From IMG/VR virus record IMGVR_UViG_3300025626_002025: 64,000 bases of DNA. One strand, given 5' to 3'. The stretch comes from a virus. The notes beneath the pieces are model-generated. The model did no database searches. It was not told the DNA's origin and saw only the letters and a list, made by a program, of their open reading frames with translations. The position numbers and the translations under genes are program-made. Below are positions 47,881 to 58,393 of this stretch, piece by piece; the stretch's first letter is position 1, and each line of letters starts with the position of its first letter.

Positions 47881-48281
47881 TACCAACTAATTTTCCAATC
47901 ATTAAACTCGGATGCAATACAATCTACTTTGTAATCTTTCCTACCACCATCAACTTCTTGTATTTTATTTTTTGCAGTATTTCGGATTCCATTCAATCCA
48001 TGTGTTAGCATTAATTGATTACCTACATTATCCCCACTTCTAGCATTATCTTCATTTACCCAGATATGAGTATTCATTTGAGCAAGTACAATTACTGCTC
48101 TAATAAAATCTCCATCAATTTTTAATTGTTTTGTTGTAGTTAATATTTCTGTAATATCATGTACAATTTCTTCAATCTCTTTTTGATATTCTTTTTTGTG
48201 TTGTGGTATTTTAACTTCTTTAAGTTGAACTATTGTTAGTCTATCTATTAGTTCCCCAAGAGTTGGTAGATATTTTCTCAT
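47880..48281 (-). CDS. Hypothetical helical protein (GELIDRLTI motif, seen in glycan loci)
   Basis: LGELIDRLTIVQLK...N..IW..ED..R...NGIR...KNKI. Confidence 0.55.
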   Translation of the reverse strand: MRKYLPTLGELIDRLTIVQLKEVKIPQHKKEYQKEIEEIVHDITEILTTTKQLKIDGDFIRAVIVLAQMNTHIWVNEDNARSGDNVGNQLMLTHGLNGIRNTAKNKIQEVDGGRKDYKVDCIASEFNDWKISW

Positions 48282-48919
48282 ATAACATATTTGGTATAAA
48301 TATTCTGTTTTCTTAAATCCCCATATTCTTCAGATGAACCACATGGTTCGTTAAATGGTTGTATTTTATCTGAATTGAATATTTTTAATCCATTATACGC
48401 TGCTTCTGGACTCATATACATATGCCAACCCACACATTCAAACTCATCTTCTTTATATAATCTATCCTTGTGTCTACCATCATAAATCATAGGTCTTGCC
48501 CATTCATTAAAATCATCTCTGTTTGTTAATATCATTCCACCTTGTCCAATATTTAATATTTTTTTTAAATGAAATGATAAAATCATAAATTTATCTTCAT
48601 ATCCTCTACCCATTCCTTCATAGAATGCAGTTGCAGAATCAATGATACTTGTATCTCCAATTGGATACAATCCTTTCCATTTTATATCTCTAAATTTAGG
48701 TCTGTTACCACTTAAGATAATTTGGTTTGGAACGGATACATAGGTATTTGCTGGTATCTCAATATCAGTATCAACAATATCTAAATAATGTAGAACCAAT
48801 CTTATTGCATTTGAATTGGAATCACACGCAATACCATATCTGTAACCAGTATAGTTTGCAACCTCATCTTCAAATCGTGTTACCCAATCCCATGGGTCAT
48901 TTATATTATAATCTTTCAT
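48278..48919 (-). CDS. DegT/DnrJ/EryC1/StrS-family PLP sugar aminotransferase (short)
   Basis: FEDEVANYTG, IPANTYVSV, IIDSA and SFHLKKILNIGQGGMILT motifs. Confidence 0.85.
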   Translation of the reverse strand: MKDYNINDPWDWVTRFEDEVANYTGYRYGIACDSNSNAIRLVLHYLDIVDTDIEIPANTYVSVPNQIILSGNRPKFRDIKWKGLYPIGDTSIIDSATAFYEGMGRGYEDKFMILSFHLKKILNIGQGGMILTNRDDFNEWARPMIYDGRHKDRLYKEDEFECVGWHMYMSPEAAYNGLKIFNSDKIQPFNEPCGSSEEYGDLRKQNIYTKYVI

Positions 48920-48985
48920 ATATTTGTATGTTTCATTTTCACTATCATAGCTAACTGATAATCAGATAGTTATACAATTTAACAT

Positions 48986-49765
48986 TTATTGTTTTTTGTA
49001 TCCATAATCTTCTCCACCCTTTCCTACAAAGTGCCCATCCCAACTCTCTTCTTCATGCAATTTGTGATGCTCATACTCATTTGTTTTATAGGTACTTCTA
49101 TGTGGTGGATTATCTTTATCATATTCTGATGTTGATATATAATAGAAAAATCTAATAGCACATCTTGGTATATCATTCGGTGCATTTACTGCACTTACTC
49201 TATGATACGGACCATGTTTAATATTTTCATTAATAACCAATCGATTAAATTTTGGTGAAATGGATTCTATTAGATTTGAGTTAGGGTTAGTATCTATATT
49301 ATCATCATAATACTGAATATGTCCTCCCCATTTAGTTTTCCAATCTGGCGTAATGTATAATAGTGTAGTTAGTTTTCTATGTAGTCTGATTCTATCGTTC
49401 CAATTGAAATCATAATGACAACCCAAGTCCTTTCCATTTCTAATAATAGAATAACCTCCACCAACTAAGTGAGGGTCTGGTAGCAATCCTATAACACCTG
49501 TCATTTGTTCTAACTCATATAGAAATTCACCACTATGCATTATATCATAAGTAACCCTATGTGCAGTTGGTAATGAAATTAAATCATTAAATTCTTCCAT
49601 ACGAGAACCAGCACGAGTAAATACTGTCCAACCTCCCTTTGGTGCATTAATACACTCTTCGTAAAGTTTGTATACCGTTTCTTCATCTAAAAAGTTATCG
49701 ATTTTAGTTTTACCAAATCCATATTCTTTTTTACTATGTTCCCAATCGTATTTTTTATTTATCAT
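48986..49765 (-). CDS. 2OG-Fe(II) oxygenase
   Basis: PDPHLVGGG, HYDFN, WGG, PKFNRLV and H..R facial-triad pattern. Confidence 0.85.
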   Translation of the reverse strand: MINKKYDWEHSKKEYGFGKTKIDNFLDEETVYKLYEECINAPKGGWTVFTRAGSRMEEFNDLISLPTAHRVTYDIMHSGEFLYELEQMTGVIGLLPDPHLVGGGYSIIRNGKDLGCHYDFNWNDRIRLHRKLTTLLYITPDWKTKWGGHIQYYDDNIDTNPNSNLIESISPKFNRLVINENIKHGPYHRVSAVNAPNDIPRCAIRFFYYISTSEYDKDNPPHRSTYKTNEYEHHKLHEEESWDGHFVGKGGEDYGYKKQ

Positions 49766-49766
49766 A

Positions 49767-50963
49767 TCATTTACATAAAATATTTTTTATCTTCTGTACA
49801 TCTTTACTTTCTAAATTTACAAGTGTTTTAATTATTTCATGATTTTTTTCAAATCGTAATCTATTATCTACATAAAACTTAGATATTTGGTTTTTCATTT
49901 TATACAATCTTTTAATTTCATCAAATATCATACTATATCTCTGTTGATAATCTGATTCTAAATCATAATCATGGTTTATAAAATCACGAAACACATCTAA
50001 TCCATAATGTTCTTCTATAAACTTAACATGGTTTGAATTAGCAAAAAATAATGGTAATTGAAAATAATAAAATGGTATAAGTGTTTTTTCTGTAATATGC
50101 ATATGCATATTATCAAACTCATCGAACTTAGATTCATTTACTATGTTTATATATGAAAATTTATATGGATTTTTATCATAATAAATATTGTAATCTATTA
50201 CACCATTTTCATTTTCAAATTCATAACCCATTTCAAATTCACTTTTTTTAGGACAGATGGAAACTAATTTTTCATAAAATGACTCAATTGATTTAAATGT
50301 ATTACCAGTTATCCGTTCATACTTTGTGCGTAATATACCATCATCTGTTCTTTCTACGGCATCTAAATAATCTGGTCTTCTTAAATGAGACCAATCGATT
50401 TCATCCACCATTCCATGTTTTAATAAATCAACAATAACACAAGTTCTATATGCATTTACTGCTCTATTATAACATTGAAATATTTTTTTCTTAGAATCAT
50501 TATCAAAAATTGGGTCTTGGTTACTTATTACACACTTAGCACTTTCCCATAAAATCCGTTCTAGTGATTCTACCTGTATCTTATTATCATTTGTATATAA
50601 CTTACCATTCCACCTATTATTGTTTATTAAAACACTATTATTTAAATCACCATCACCATCAATAATAAACGATTCAAGTATATCTATGGAATTATTAAGA
50701 CCCGATTCATTATCAGATACATATAATATTTTAATATCATATTCTTTTTGTTTTTTCCATATAAGTTTATCGTATTCTGATAAACAAGTTTTCATATCTT
50801 GCCATACATGACCTTGAAAATATTTTACATAAACATATTTTTCATTTGTAGATAGGTTATCAATGGAAGTTAAATTAGTATAGTCAATACCATAGGTATT
50901 TTTAAAATCTAACAATCTTTCGAAGAACCAAGAATCTTCTCTTATGTAAAGTAATTTTCTCAC
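49767..50963 (-). CDS. Putative glycosyltransferase-like protein (ITEK family, paralogue 2)
   Basis: YNR...R and INIVNES...HITEKTLIPFYYFQLP...FINHDYD. Confidence 0.55.
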   Translation of the reverse strand: MRKLLYIREDSWFFERLLDFKNTYGIDYTNLTSIDNLSTNEKYVYVKYFQGHVWQDMKTCLSEYDKLIWKKQKEYDIKILYVSDNESGLNNSIDILESFIIDGDGDLNNSVLINNNRWNGKLYTNDNKIQVESLERILWESAKCVISNQDPIFDNDSKKKIFQCYNRAVNAYRTCVIVDLLKHGMVDEIDWSHLRRPDYLDAVERTDDGILRTKYERITGNTFKSIESFYEKLVSICPKKSEFEMGYEFENENGVIDYNIYYDKNPYKFSYINIVNESKFDEFDNMHMHITEKTLIPFYYFQLPLFFANSNHVKFIEEHYGLDVFRDFINHDYDLESDYQQRYSMIFDEIKRLYKMKNQISKFYVDNRLRFEKNHEIIKTLVNLESKDVQKIKNILCK

Positions 50964-51970
50964 TATCTATTTAAAAATCTTCTACCTTTTTTAATTTCAT
51001 TTCTCCAATACTCTAAAAGGTCATTCATAGTTTCTTCGAAGGTGTATTTTGGTTTCCATCCTGTATGTTTTCTAAACTTTTCTGTATTTGGTACTTGTAA
51101 ATCGGCATCAATAGGTCTTAACCTGTCTTCATCAACCTCTACTTTAATATTTTTAACAGTTGATTGTGAAATTAAGTAGTTTAACATATCTCCAATCTTA
51201 CAAGTATATTCACCACCAATATTGTAGTACTCTCCACCAATTGGATTTTCAGTTACCAATAAAAAATAGGCTTCTACTGCATCTCTAACATCTGCATACG
51301 TTCTAAGTGAATCTAAGTTACCAACATATATTGTAGGTTCTTGTAACCCACCTTCAATCATTGCTATTTGTTTTGCAAAAGTAGATTCTGAGAACACATC
51401 TCCTCTTCTCGGACCTGTATGTGTAAACATTCGTGTAGTCATTATTTTAATATCAAACGCTTCTGCATAATACCTACCCAACAAATCCGTTCCTACTTTT
51501 GAAATTGCATATGGGGATGCTGGATGTACTGAACACTCCTCATCTATTGGTAATTTCTCTTTTGGTACTTTTCCAAATATTTCAGATGATGCACATACAT
51601 GGACTACAATATTATCGTTTCCATAATTACCAATTGATTCTAAAAGATTTGCAGTTCCTATGATATTTGTTTGTAAAGTTTCAAGTGGGGCTCTAAATGA
51701 TGTTTTTGGGTACGATTGAGCGGCTAAATGAAATACATAATCAGGTTCAGATTCATTAATAGCGGATTGTACTGATGGCAAGTCATTTAAATCACCATTG
51801 ATAAGAAATATTCTATCTTTTTTGTTAATTCTATCAAAATGATGTTCCAAATTATCTAATCTATCATTCCATCTGATAAATCCATAGATATTCCATTCAG
51901 TATTCTCAATAAGGTAATCTACCAAATGAGAACCAACCATTCCTGTTATTCCTGTTATTAGTGCATTCAT
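50963..51970 (-). CDS. GDP-sugar 4,6-dehydratase (Gmd family; DmhA/WcbK heptose type)
   Basis: ITGITGMVG, FHLAAQSYPKTSF, SPYAISK, THTGPRRGDVF and GNLDSLR motifs. Confidence 0.9.
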   Translation of the reverse strand: MNALITGITGMVGSHLVDYLIENTEWNIYGFIRWNDRLDNLEHHFDRINKKDRIFLINGDLNDLPSVQSAINESEPDYVFHLAAQSYPKTSFRAPLETLQTNIIGTANLLESIGNYGNDNIVVHVCASSEIFGKVPKEKLPIDEECSVHPASPYAISKVGTDLLGRYYAEAFDIKIMTTRMFTHTGPRRGDVFSESTFAKQIAMIEGGLQEPTIYVGNLDSLRTYADVRDAVEAYFLLVTENPIGGEYYNIGGEYTCKIGDMLNYLISQSTVKNIKVEVDEDRLRPIDADLQVPNTEKFRKHTGWKPKYTFEETMNDLLEYWRNEIKKGRRFLNR

Positions 51971-52923
51971 TTATTTCTCTTAAACCATTCAATTGTTTCT
52001 TCTATACCTTTTTCAAAGGAGTAACTTGGTGTAAATCCAAGATTATTTATTTTTTCAGTATCTACCATTCTAAATGGTATGGTTGTTGGTTTGGAATTAT
52101 CCCAAACTATCTCTGGTGTAAGACCAGATACCTTCTGAATTGTGTTTACTATATCTCCTATTGTAATTGGAGCTCCATATCCAACATTATACGGTTCCAT
52201 TGGATTACCATGTTCGATTATTGTTAATGCACCCTTAATCACATCCTTAACATACAAGAAATCTCTTACAACATCAGGTGAACCCCAAGCAGTGAATGGA
52301 TTTTCTCCACCTAACATACGATTTATAATTGCAGGTATCACATGACAAGTTTTTACATTAAAGTTATCGTTTGGTCCAAATATTGCCGAACCTCTACCTA
52401 AGAATATCTTTAATTTAGAGAAGTTTGAAGTATGTTCCATCAATTTTTCTCTATATCTTCTCATCCAACCATAACCAAAGTACGCAATGTAAGGTTCTTC
52501 ATCCCAAAACTCATCTTCCTTCACAGGATATCTTCTATCGGGATAACCAGTTGATGAATTTAGGTCAAAAAACGAATCTACTTCATTCCTAGCACACGCA
52601 TCAAGTACATTTCCAAGTAAGGTGATGTTTCCAAGCGAACCTTGTATATCAGTTCGTACTGAACCAGGATGTAAAACATGACCTGCACAATGAATTACCA
52701 AATCTGAACCTTTTGTTAATTTGATTGCATCATCAATATTATTCAAATCAATGTTTTCTAGTATTGTTATATCTTTTTGTATCTCTTCACTAACTTGTAG
52801 TGGTGAATTGTAAGTGTGAGTAGTAATATCTGCACCCAACTTATGTAGTTCGTTGATAAAGTGTGTTGCAAGGAAACCTGCTCCACCTGTAATCACTACA
52901 TTTTTATTTTTAAAGTAACTCAT
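51967..52923 (-). CDS. NAD-dependent epimerase/reductase (GDP-fucose synthase-like)
   Basis: ITGGAGFL, YGWMRR, FGPNDNF...HVIPA and WGSPDVVRDFLY motifs. Confidence 0.85.
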   Translation of the reverse strand: MSYFKNKNVVITGGAGFLATHFINELHKLGADITTHTYNSPLQVSEEIQKDITILENIDLNNIDDAIKLTKGSDLVIHCAGHVLHPGSVRTDIQGSLGNITLLGNVLDACARNEVDSFFDLNSSTGYPDRRYPVKEDEFWDEEPYIAYFGYGWMRRYREKLMEHTSNFSKLKIFLGRGSAIFGPNDNFNVKTCHVIPAIINRMLGGENPFTAWGSPDVVRDFLYVKDVIKGALTIIEHGNPMEPYNVGYGAPITIGDIVNTIQKVSGLTPEIVWDNSKPTTIPFRMVDTEKINNLGFTPSYSFEKGIEETIEWFKRNK

Positions 52924-52924
52924 A

Positions 52925-53668
52925 TTAATAATTTATATTGTTTATACCTTGTTTCATTAGTGTTTTTAAGTATTTGTATTGAATCTTTGGTTGATGTAAT
53001 CCAATTGGGTCATTATAGTATAAGTCTTCAACAGCAAATCTTTGTGCAACCTCAATTGGTGCAATCTCCTTATTGTCTAAATATTTGATAAAATAAATAT
53101 CCTCTTTAAAATACGAATCATTCGGATGTGTTTCAATGATATCAATCATTCTATTTTTGTTTCGTATAGATAGACCACCATTTCCTACATACTTTTCTTC
53201 TTTTGGTTTTAACCATGGTGCACCTACATAAGAATAATCCAAAAATTCATCAATACCTGATTTAATTAATATTGCATCTGTTTGGAATATTAAAATATTA
53301 TCAGATGTTATCATTTTCCAAAAATCAGTTGTTCTTAATAGGTTATCGTAATCATTTACTATCATATAATCATAATCTACATGATGTAGTTCTACATTAT
53401 CAATACCATCAACTATTTTTTTACAATATTCTTCATTTAGATTACCATGAAATAATTCCAATTTCCATTTTTTATTAGAATCTGATTCATTTAGAAAATA
53501 CATTGTGTTTTTTATAACAGTTTCTAAATGTGGATGTTCACGAGTTTCCAGTATAACAGCAGAATAGTTATCATCATATGATTTTATTTTATAATCACTT
53601 AACTTCTCTCTAAATAATTCTATATGAGTGTTCCATATGTTTTTATGTTCATTTGTTTGTATTCCCAT
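52925..53668 (-). CDS. DUF5672-like putative glycosyltransferase
   Basis: ILIFQTD, YSYVGAPW, VGNGGLSIR, EDIYF and FAVE motifs. Confidence 0.7.
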   Translation of the reverse strand: MGIQTNEHKNIWNTHIELFREKLSDYKIKSYDDNYSAVILETREHPHLETVIKNTMYFLNESDSNKKWKLELFHGNLNEEYCKKIVDGIDNVELHHVDYDYMIVNDYDNLLRTTDFWKMITSDNILIFQTDAILIKSGIDEFLDYSYVGAPWLKPKEEKYVGNGGLSIRNKNRMIDIIETHPNDSYFKEDIYFIKYLDNKEIAPIEVAQRFAVEDLYYNDPIGLHQPKIQYKYLKTLMKQGINNINY

Positions 53669-54279
53669 TATAGTAATTTTTGTATTTCATTAAACATAAA
53701 GTCTGATATGATTTTGTATCCATTTAAGTTTGGATGATAGTCTCCCTCATAGTAGTTTTTCTCATCATTCCAAACAGATTTACTTCCATACTCCCAAACA
53801 CTAGTTCCCTTTTCTAATTCTTCTACTTGTAAGATGTAAGATAATGTTCCCTTTGGATTAATATAATTTTTTGGTAATTTAATAGATGTAGTATCATCTA
53901 ATAATGGATAAAACCCATTAAAATAAAATCTATTATATCCAATCAACGTATCTTCAAATTTTTTGTATAACTCAATTGGTGATAATCTATTATGCTTTTT
54001 GTATCGAAACGGATATGTAAAAACTACGATTATAATATCATCTTTGTGTAAAAACTCTTTACATGATTCAATCTTATTAAGAATAAATTCATTTCCAAAT
54101 CCACAATATCCCATATTAATATAAGGTATCCCCAACCTCTCGGATAACCACCTTGGCCAAGAGTTTTGTTCTCTCAGTTTTTGTATAAATTCAGGTGGTG
54201 TTGCATTTTCTTTATATGTAGAATTAGTTTCCACACCATGTCCAGCTGTCCAACTATCACCAAATGCAACTAATCTCAT
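53668..54279 (-). CDS. SGNH/GDSL-like hydrolase or acyltransferase
   Basis: AFGDSWTAG, N.G..G.GN and DYHPN motifs. Confidence 0.75.
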   Translation of the reverse strand: MRLVAFGDSWTAGHGVETNSTYKENATPPEFIQKLREQNSWPRWLSERLGIPYINMGYCGFGNEFILNKIESCKEFLHKDDIIIVVFTYPFRYKKHNRLSPIELYKKFEDTLIGYNRFYFNGFYPLLDDTTSIKLPKNYINPKGTLSYILQVEELEKGTSVWEYGSKSVWNDEKNYYEGDYHPNLNGYKIISDFMFNEIQKLL

Positions 54280-55634
54280 ATAATAGGAGTATTGTGTATA
54301 TTTTGTTTATACTCGTTCATTGTGTTTTTAAAAAATTGAATATCTTTAATTTTATGCTTCCTTGCAGCTTTTATTAGTATTTCTCTGTTTTTATAAAACC
54401 TATCCTTATAACTTGAATAATTTTTTATAAATTCTGTCTTAATTTTTTCAATTCTATCTAATTCTTTACAAATTGCTTTAAACCGCAATCCATCATCTTT
54501 TATTAAGTCATATGAGTGGTCTATAATATCATCAAATAAATCTAATCCCATCTTTCTTAATTCATTCACATGATTTGGTGATGCAAAAAATATAGGATAT
54601 TGATAATAATAGAAAGGTCTATATGATTTTTCTGTAATATGTACAACTTCAGTAGATGAATTAAATTCAGATTCAGTAACCACATTCATATAAGAATTAG
54701 AAAATGCTTCATGTAACTCAGGTACTAGATATATTGGAGCAAGGTCTTTATGAATAAACTCTCCTCCCTCACCTATCCAATTTTTACCAGCTTCATAATC
54801 ATCTTCTTTGTAAAATTCCCTAAGTTCAAATATTTCTCTAGCATTATCTATTATAAACTGTGTTTCGAAGAATGGTTTTAGTTTTCTCACCAAATCTCCA
54901 TAATATACGTTTCCTATACAAGAATAGTTAGTATTTTCTTCTAAATCTTTATTAGCTCTAAGAAACGCTATTAAACCCATTCTATGTGGTTTAGCTCCTT
55001 TGTTTCTACACATGAAAAATTTACCAGTTTTTTCTTCATTAAACTCAAATTCATATGCGTTAAAGTCATCATTTTTAAATGCCATTACTTGGTAGGATGA
55101 CCATTGTAGAAAATTAAGTTTGTAAACTTTTGCTTTCGTATTAAAGTTATGTATTTTTTTTATTTTTTCAAGATTCTCATTTATATTACTATCATTATTA
55201 CAAATAATTACTTTATGGTCTATTCCAAGTCTGTTTAATTTATCAATCATCAAACCCAATCCACCTATCCTATCGGCCTCATGTTCTCGTAAATAGACTA
55301 AGTAAAAGTTTATATTTGTTTTTAATCGTTTAATAATCTGAGCAGATAATCCTAAATTAGGCAAATCACATAAATCATGATATGCTAATCCAGGATGCGA
55401 AACCATATAAAAATAAAGGTCAGTTGGATTTATTAGAATATTTTTTAAAGGATGCTTTAATACATTAAACTTCTCACCATCACCTAAATAATCAAAATCA
55501 TTTTCGCTATCATTTAGATATGACGAGAAAAAATTACTTGAATCAAACCATTTATTACTATTCCCATTTTTAGAACAATTTGCAAGTGGATATCCATCAT
55601 CCGAAAAATCATTATAAACAAAATTTACATTCAT
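54276..55634 (-). CDS. Putative glycosyltransferase-like protein (ITEK family, paralogue 3)
   Basis: N...KPHR and MNVVTES...HITEKSYRPF..YQYP...FDDIIDHSYD. Confidence 0.55.
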   Translation of the reverse strand: MNVNFVYNDFSDDGYPLANCSKNGNSNKWFDSSNFFSSYLNDSENDFDYLGDGEKFNVLKHPLKNILINPTDLYFYMVSHPGLAYHDLCDLPNLGLSAQIIKRLKTNINFYLVYLREHEADRIGGLGLMIDKLNRLGIDHKVIICNNDSNINENLEKIKKIHNFNTKAKVYKLNFLQWSSYQVMAFKNDDFNAYEFEFNEEKTGKFFMCRNKGAKPHRMGLIAFLRANKDLEENTNYSCIGNVYYGDLVRKLKPFFETQFIIDNAREIFELREFYKEDDYEAGKNWIGEGGEFIHKDLAPIYLVPELHEAFSNSYMNVVTESEFNSSTEVVHITEKSYRPFYYYQYPIFFASPNHVNELRKMGLDLFDDIIDHSYDLIKDDGLRFKAICKELDRIEKIKTEFIKNYSSYKDRFYKNREILIKAARKHKIKDIQFFKNTMNEYKQNIHNTPII

Positions 55635-56956
55635 ATTAAATTTGATTTTTGATTTATTTTAACAAAGTGGTCATATACTGATTGAAATGCATATGATATA
55701 TTTTTAGTTGTATTAATTTTTATTTGATTTCTGTTGTGGACTAGTACTTCTTCCATTTCTTTAAACCAACTTAGTTTATCATCTATTGATATTATCTTTT
55801 TTAAATTATCTATAATTTTTTCAAATCGTTCACAGTCTGATGATGCATCATATGATTCATCAATCCACTTATCAAAAGTTTTATATCCAAGTTTTTTTAA
55901 TTCAGTTAATGAGTTTTTATTACCCAATACCATAAATGGATGAGAACACATCATAACCTTGAATATTTTTTCACTTAAAAATATAGTGTTCTGTGTATCT
56001 TCATATTGTGCCTCACTAATTACGGAAAAGTAACTATCTAGGCAAACCTTATCATTAAATCTAGTTACATAGTAATTAGGGTCATGTGCTTCGTTTGATT
56101 TATCATAGATTAAACTTGGAAGTGTTTCTTTAATTTTTTCCGTTTCTGAATGTGATAATTGATAATCACAAAATTCAACAGATTCATGAAAAGTATTCAT
56201 ACTAACAAGACCATCTTTTAATAAATTATTTCTATGAAGTAGTGAATAAAAATTTATTCTATGTCTTCTTGGTTTTTTATTCAAGTTACAAAAACTAACA
56301 ATATCATTATTGTTCTTATATTTGATATGGTCATCAAATGTTGGAGGAAAGTTTTTATTTCCAGGTGGTAAATCATTTGAAAGTAAATAAGTATCAAACT
56401 CAAAATGAGAGTAGGGTACTACTTTAATGTGCTTGGGATGTGGATTATTTATTAACCAATTCTCATAACAAGTTTCTACTATTGAATTACCCGTAACGAA
56501 TATTATATGAGTTGGATTTATTTTTCGTTCTTTACATTCTTTATGAAAAAATTCAAATATCCAATCATCATGATAACCTTCAAAAGAACTATCAACTAAT
56601 AGTAGTGCCTTTTCGTTTTTTAAATCAGTTAAATAATCATCATCTAGTAAATCAAATAAAGATTCATAATTATCATGATTTGATGAACCACCACCTCCCC
56701 AATTATGTGGGTCATTATGAACACCAAGTGGTATTATATATTTTTCTGGTTTTGAATCTTTTGTAAAAGTATTTACTTTGAATAAATTGTGATTTATATT
56801 TCCACTAGAAATTCTCATAGCATTAAAAATAGGTGCAAGGGTAAACCTATTACCACCCAAGCTATTTTTAAATGTACCACCATCCATTACAATGTGATTT
56901 TCAGTATCACTTATAACAAAGTTCATATTAGTTTGGATTGTATTCGCCATCTTCAA
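55631..56956 (-). CDS. Putative glycosyltransferase-like protein (paralogue 4; probable start 56926)
   Basis: LNKKPRRHR and SVISE...FLSEKIFK...HPF...FDKWIDESYD. Confidence 0.55.
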   Translation of the reverse strand: MKMANTIQTNMNFVISDTENHIVMDGGTFKNSLGGNRFTLAPIFNAMRISSGNINHNLFKVNTFTKDSKPEKYIIPLGVHNDPHNWGGGGSSNHDNYESLFDLLDDDYLTDLKNEKALLLVDSSFEGYHDDWIFEFFHKECKERKINPTHIIFVTGNSIVETCYENWLINNPHPKHIKVVPYSHFEFDTYLLSNDLPPGNKNFPPTFDDHIKYKNNNDIVSFCNLNKKPRRHRINFYSLLHRNNLLKDGLVSMNTFHESVEFCDYQLSHSETEKIKETLPSLIYDKSNEAHDPNYYVTRFNDKVCLDSYFSVISEAQYEDTQNTIFLSEKIFKVMMCSHPFMVLGNKNSLTELKKLGYKTFDKWIDESYDASSDCERFEKIIDNLKKIISIDDKLSWFKEMEEVLVHNRNQIKINTTKNISYAFQSVYDHFVKINQKSNLI

Positions 56957-58385
56957 AATGTGTTATATCACCCGGTCTTATTTCTACATCTGGTATTGTT
57001 TTATCAACATCTATGTTTTGATACCAAACAGCAAGTTCTGGAAACGTTTTACAAAAATCCTTTCCTCTTCTTTTATCATATTGTTCGTAGAATGATTTGA
57101 AATCATGAAATTGAATTTCATCCTCTCCCTCAGTAGTAACATGACCCGTTTTAACAACTTCTATATAATCAATTAATCTTTCTATCTGTGCAATTTCTCC
57201 TTCACTAAATAATTCATAGAAATCACTTTGTTTCTTTTGTACCTCAAACCAATTATTTAGTTTTTTGTGTAAAAACATTTTTACATCATTGGGTAACGCT
57301 AATGGTGACATAAATGCTGGCCATCTGAGTATATTAAAATCCACATTAGGTCTATTAGAACCATACTTCTTTTTTAATACAATCATATCATCTAAAAATT
57401 CAGTAATAGAAAATAAACATAATGAATTAATTGTCATCATGACTGTTAGTGAACGAAATATTTTTTGATTTACTCCTTCAAGAAAGGCAACCATATGACT
57501 TCTCCATTCAGGATAAATTAAACCATCTCTAATATATTCAGCATGAGGACCAAATGATTCGTTTGATGTATATAAATCAAACTCCTTAATTGGTAACTCA
57601 TACGATGCATCGATTAATCGTTGAATTCTTTTAAAATTACCACCAAGATTTGAATTTACAGCAAATCTAAGTTTATCAGATTTATGTCCTTTCATCTTTT
57701 CTAAGAAACTCCAAAAGTTTGGAGATGCACATGGTTCACCACCTGTAATTCTTATTTCTTCTAATCCACCTTCAATTAAATCAGGCCACCATTTTAAAAA
57801 TGCTTCTACATAAGGATTTTGGTCATTATATTTACCATTTGCATCTGCCCAAGAACCATTGTTTTGATATGCACCAGCTGATACTGATTTAAACTTTTGA
57901 TATGGTCCAAATTTATCAATATCCTTACCCCAAGTTGTAGAGTAACCAGCATTACAATATGAACATCCAAAATTACAAGTTCTATCAAAAGAAGCTTCAA
58001 TTGTTTTTGGTATAATATCAGCATCCCATGGTACATCTTTAATTGCAGCGATATCTTCTTCTTTATAAATCTTAGATTTGTAAATTCTATCTGCTATATT
58101 ATCTCTACCAATATCTTCAATCTTCCAACAATAAGAACACTCAGCAGGTCGTTTACCTTCTAACATCATCTTTCTTTGTTTTTTAGAAAAATCAGTATTA
58201 TGTAATTCAGATGGTCTATCTTTTAATTTATCTACATCAATTGGATGAGGTAGTGGTAAGTGACATGAGTTTTTAAAACCATGCCCCAGATGCAATGATA
58301 CATTGTACCATTTTGCTGCACAAAAACTTGGTGATATACTATTGAGATTATCATCTCTCCATTTTCTTAAATTTTCTGTTGACAT
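56928..58385 (-). CDS. Radical SAM protein with N-terminal twitch/SPASM-like Cys cluster
   Basis: FCAAKW, SCH, ECSYCW, CNFGCSYC and ITGGEP motifs. Confidence 0.9.
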   Translation of the reverse strand: MSTENLRKWRDDNLNSISPSFCAAKWYNVSLHLGHGFKNSCHLPLPHPIDVDKLKDRPSELHNTDFSKKQRKMMLEGKRPAECSYCWKIEDIGRDNIADRIYKSKIYKEEDIAAIKDVPWDADIIPKTIEASFDRTCNFGCSYCNAGYSTTWGKDIDKFGPYQKFKSVSAGAYQNNGSWADANGKYNDQNPYVEAFLKWWPDLIEGGLEEIRITGGEPCASPNFWSFLEKMKGHKSDKLRFAVNSNLGGNFKRIQRLIDASYELPIKEFDLYTSNESFGPHAEYIRDGLIYPEWRSHMVAFLEGVNQKIFRSLTVMMTINSLCLFSITEFLDDMIVLKKKYGSNRPNVDFNILRWPAFMSPLALPNDVKMFLHKKLNNWFEVQKKQSDFYELFSEGEIAQIERLIDYIEVVKTGHVTTEGEDEIQFHDFKSFYEQYDKRRGKDFCKTFPELAVWYQNIDVDKTIPDVEIRPGDITHFEDGEYNPN

Positions 58386-58393
58386 ATGTTATA

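Noticed and set aside
26596-58036. Short alternative-frame minus-strand ORFs (26596, 28136, 33641, 34968, 40721, 41696, 57806)
   Set aside because: They are nested in or largely overlap well-supported genes, and their composition is not protein-like.
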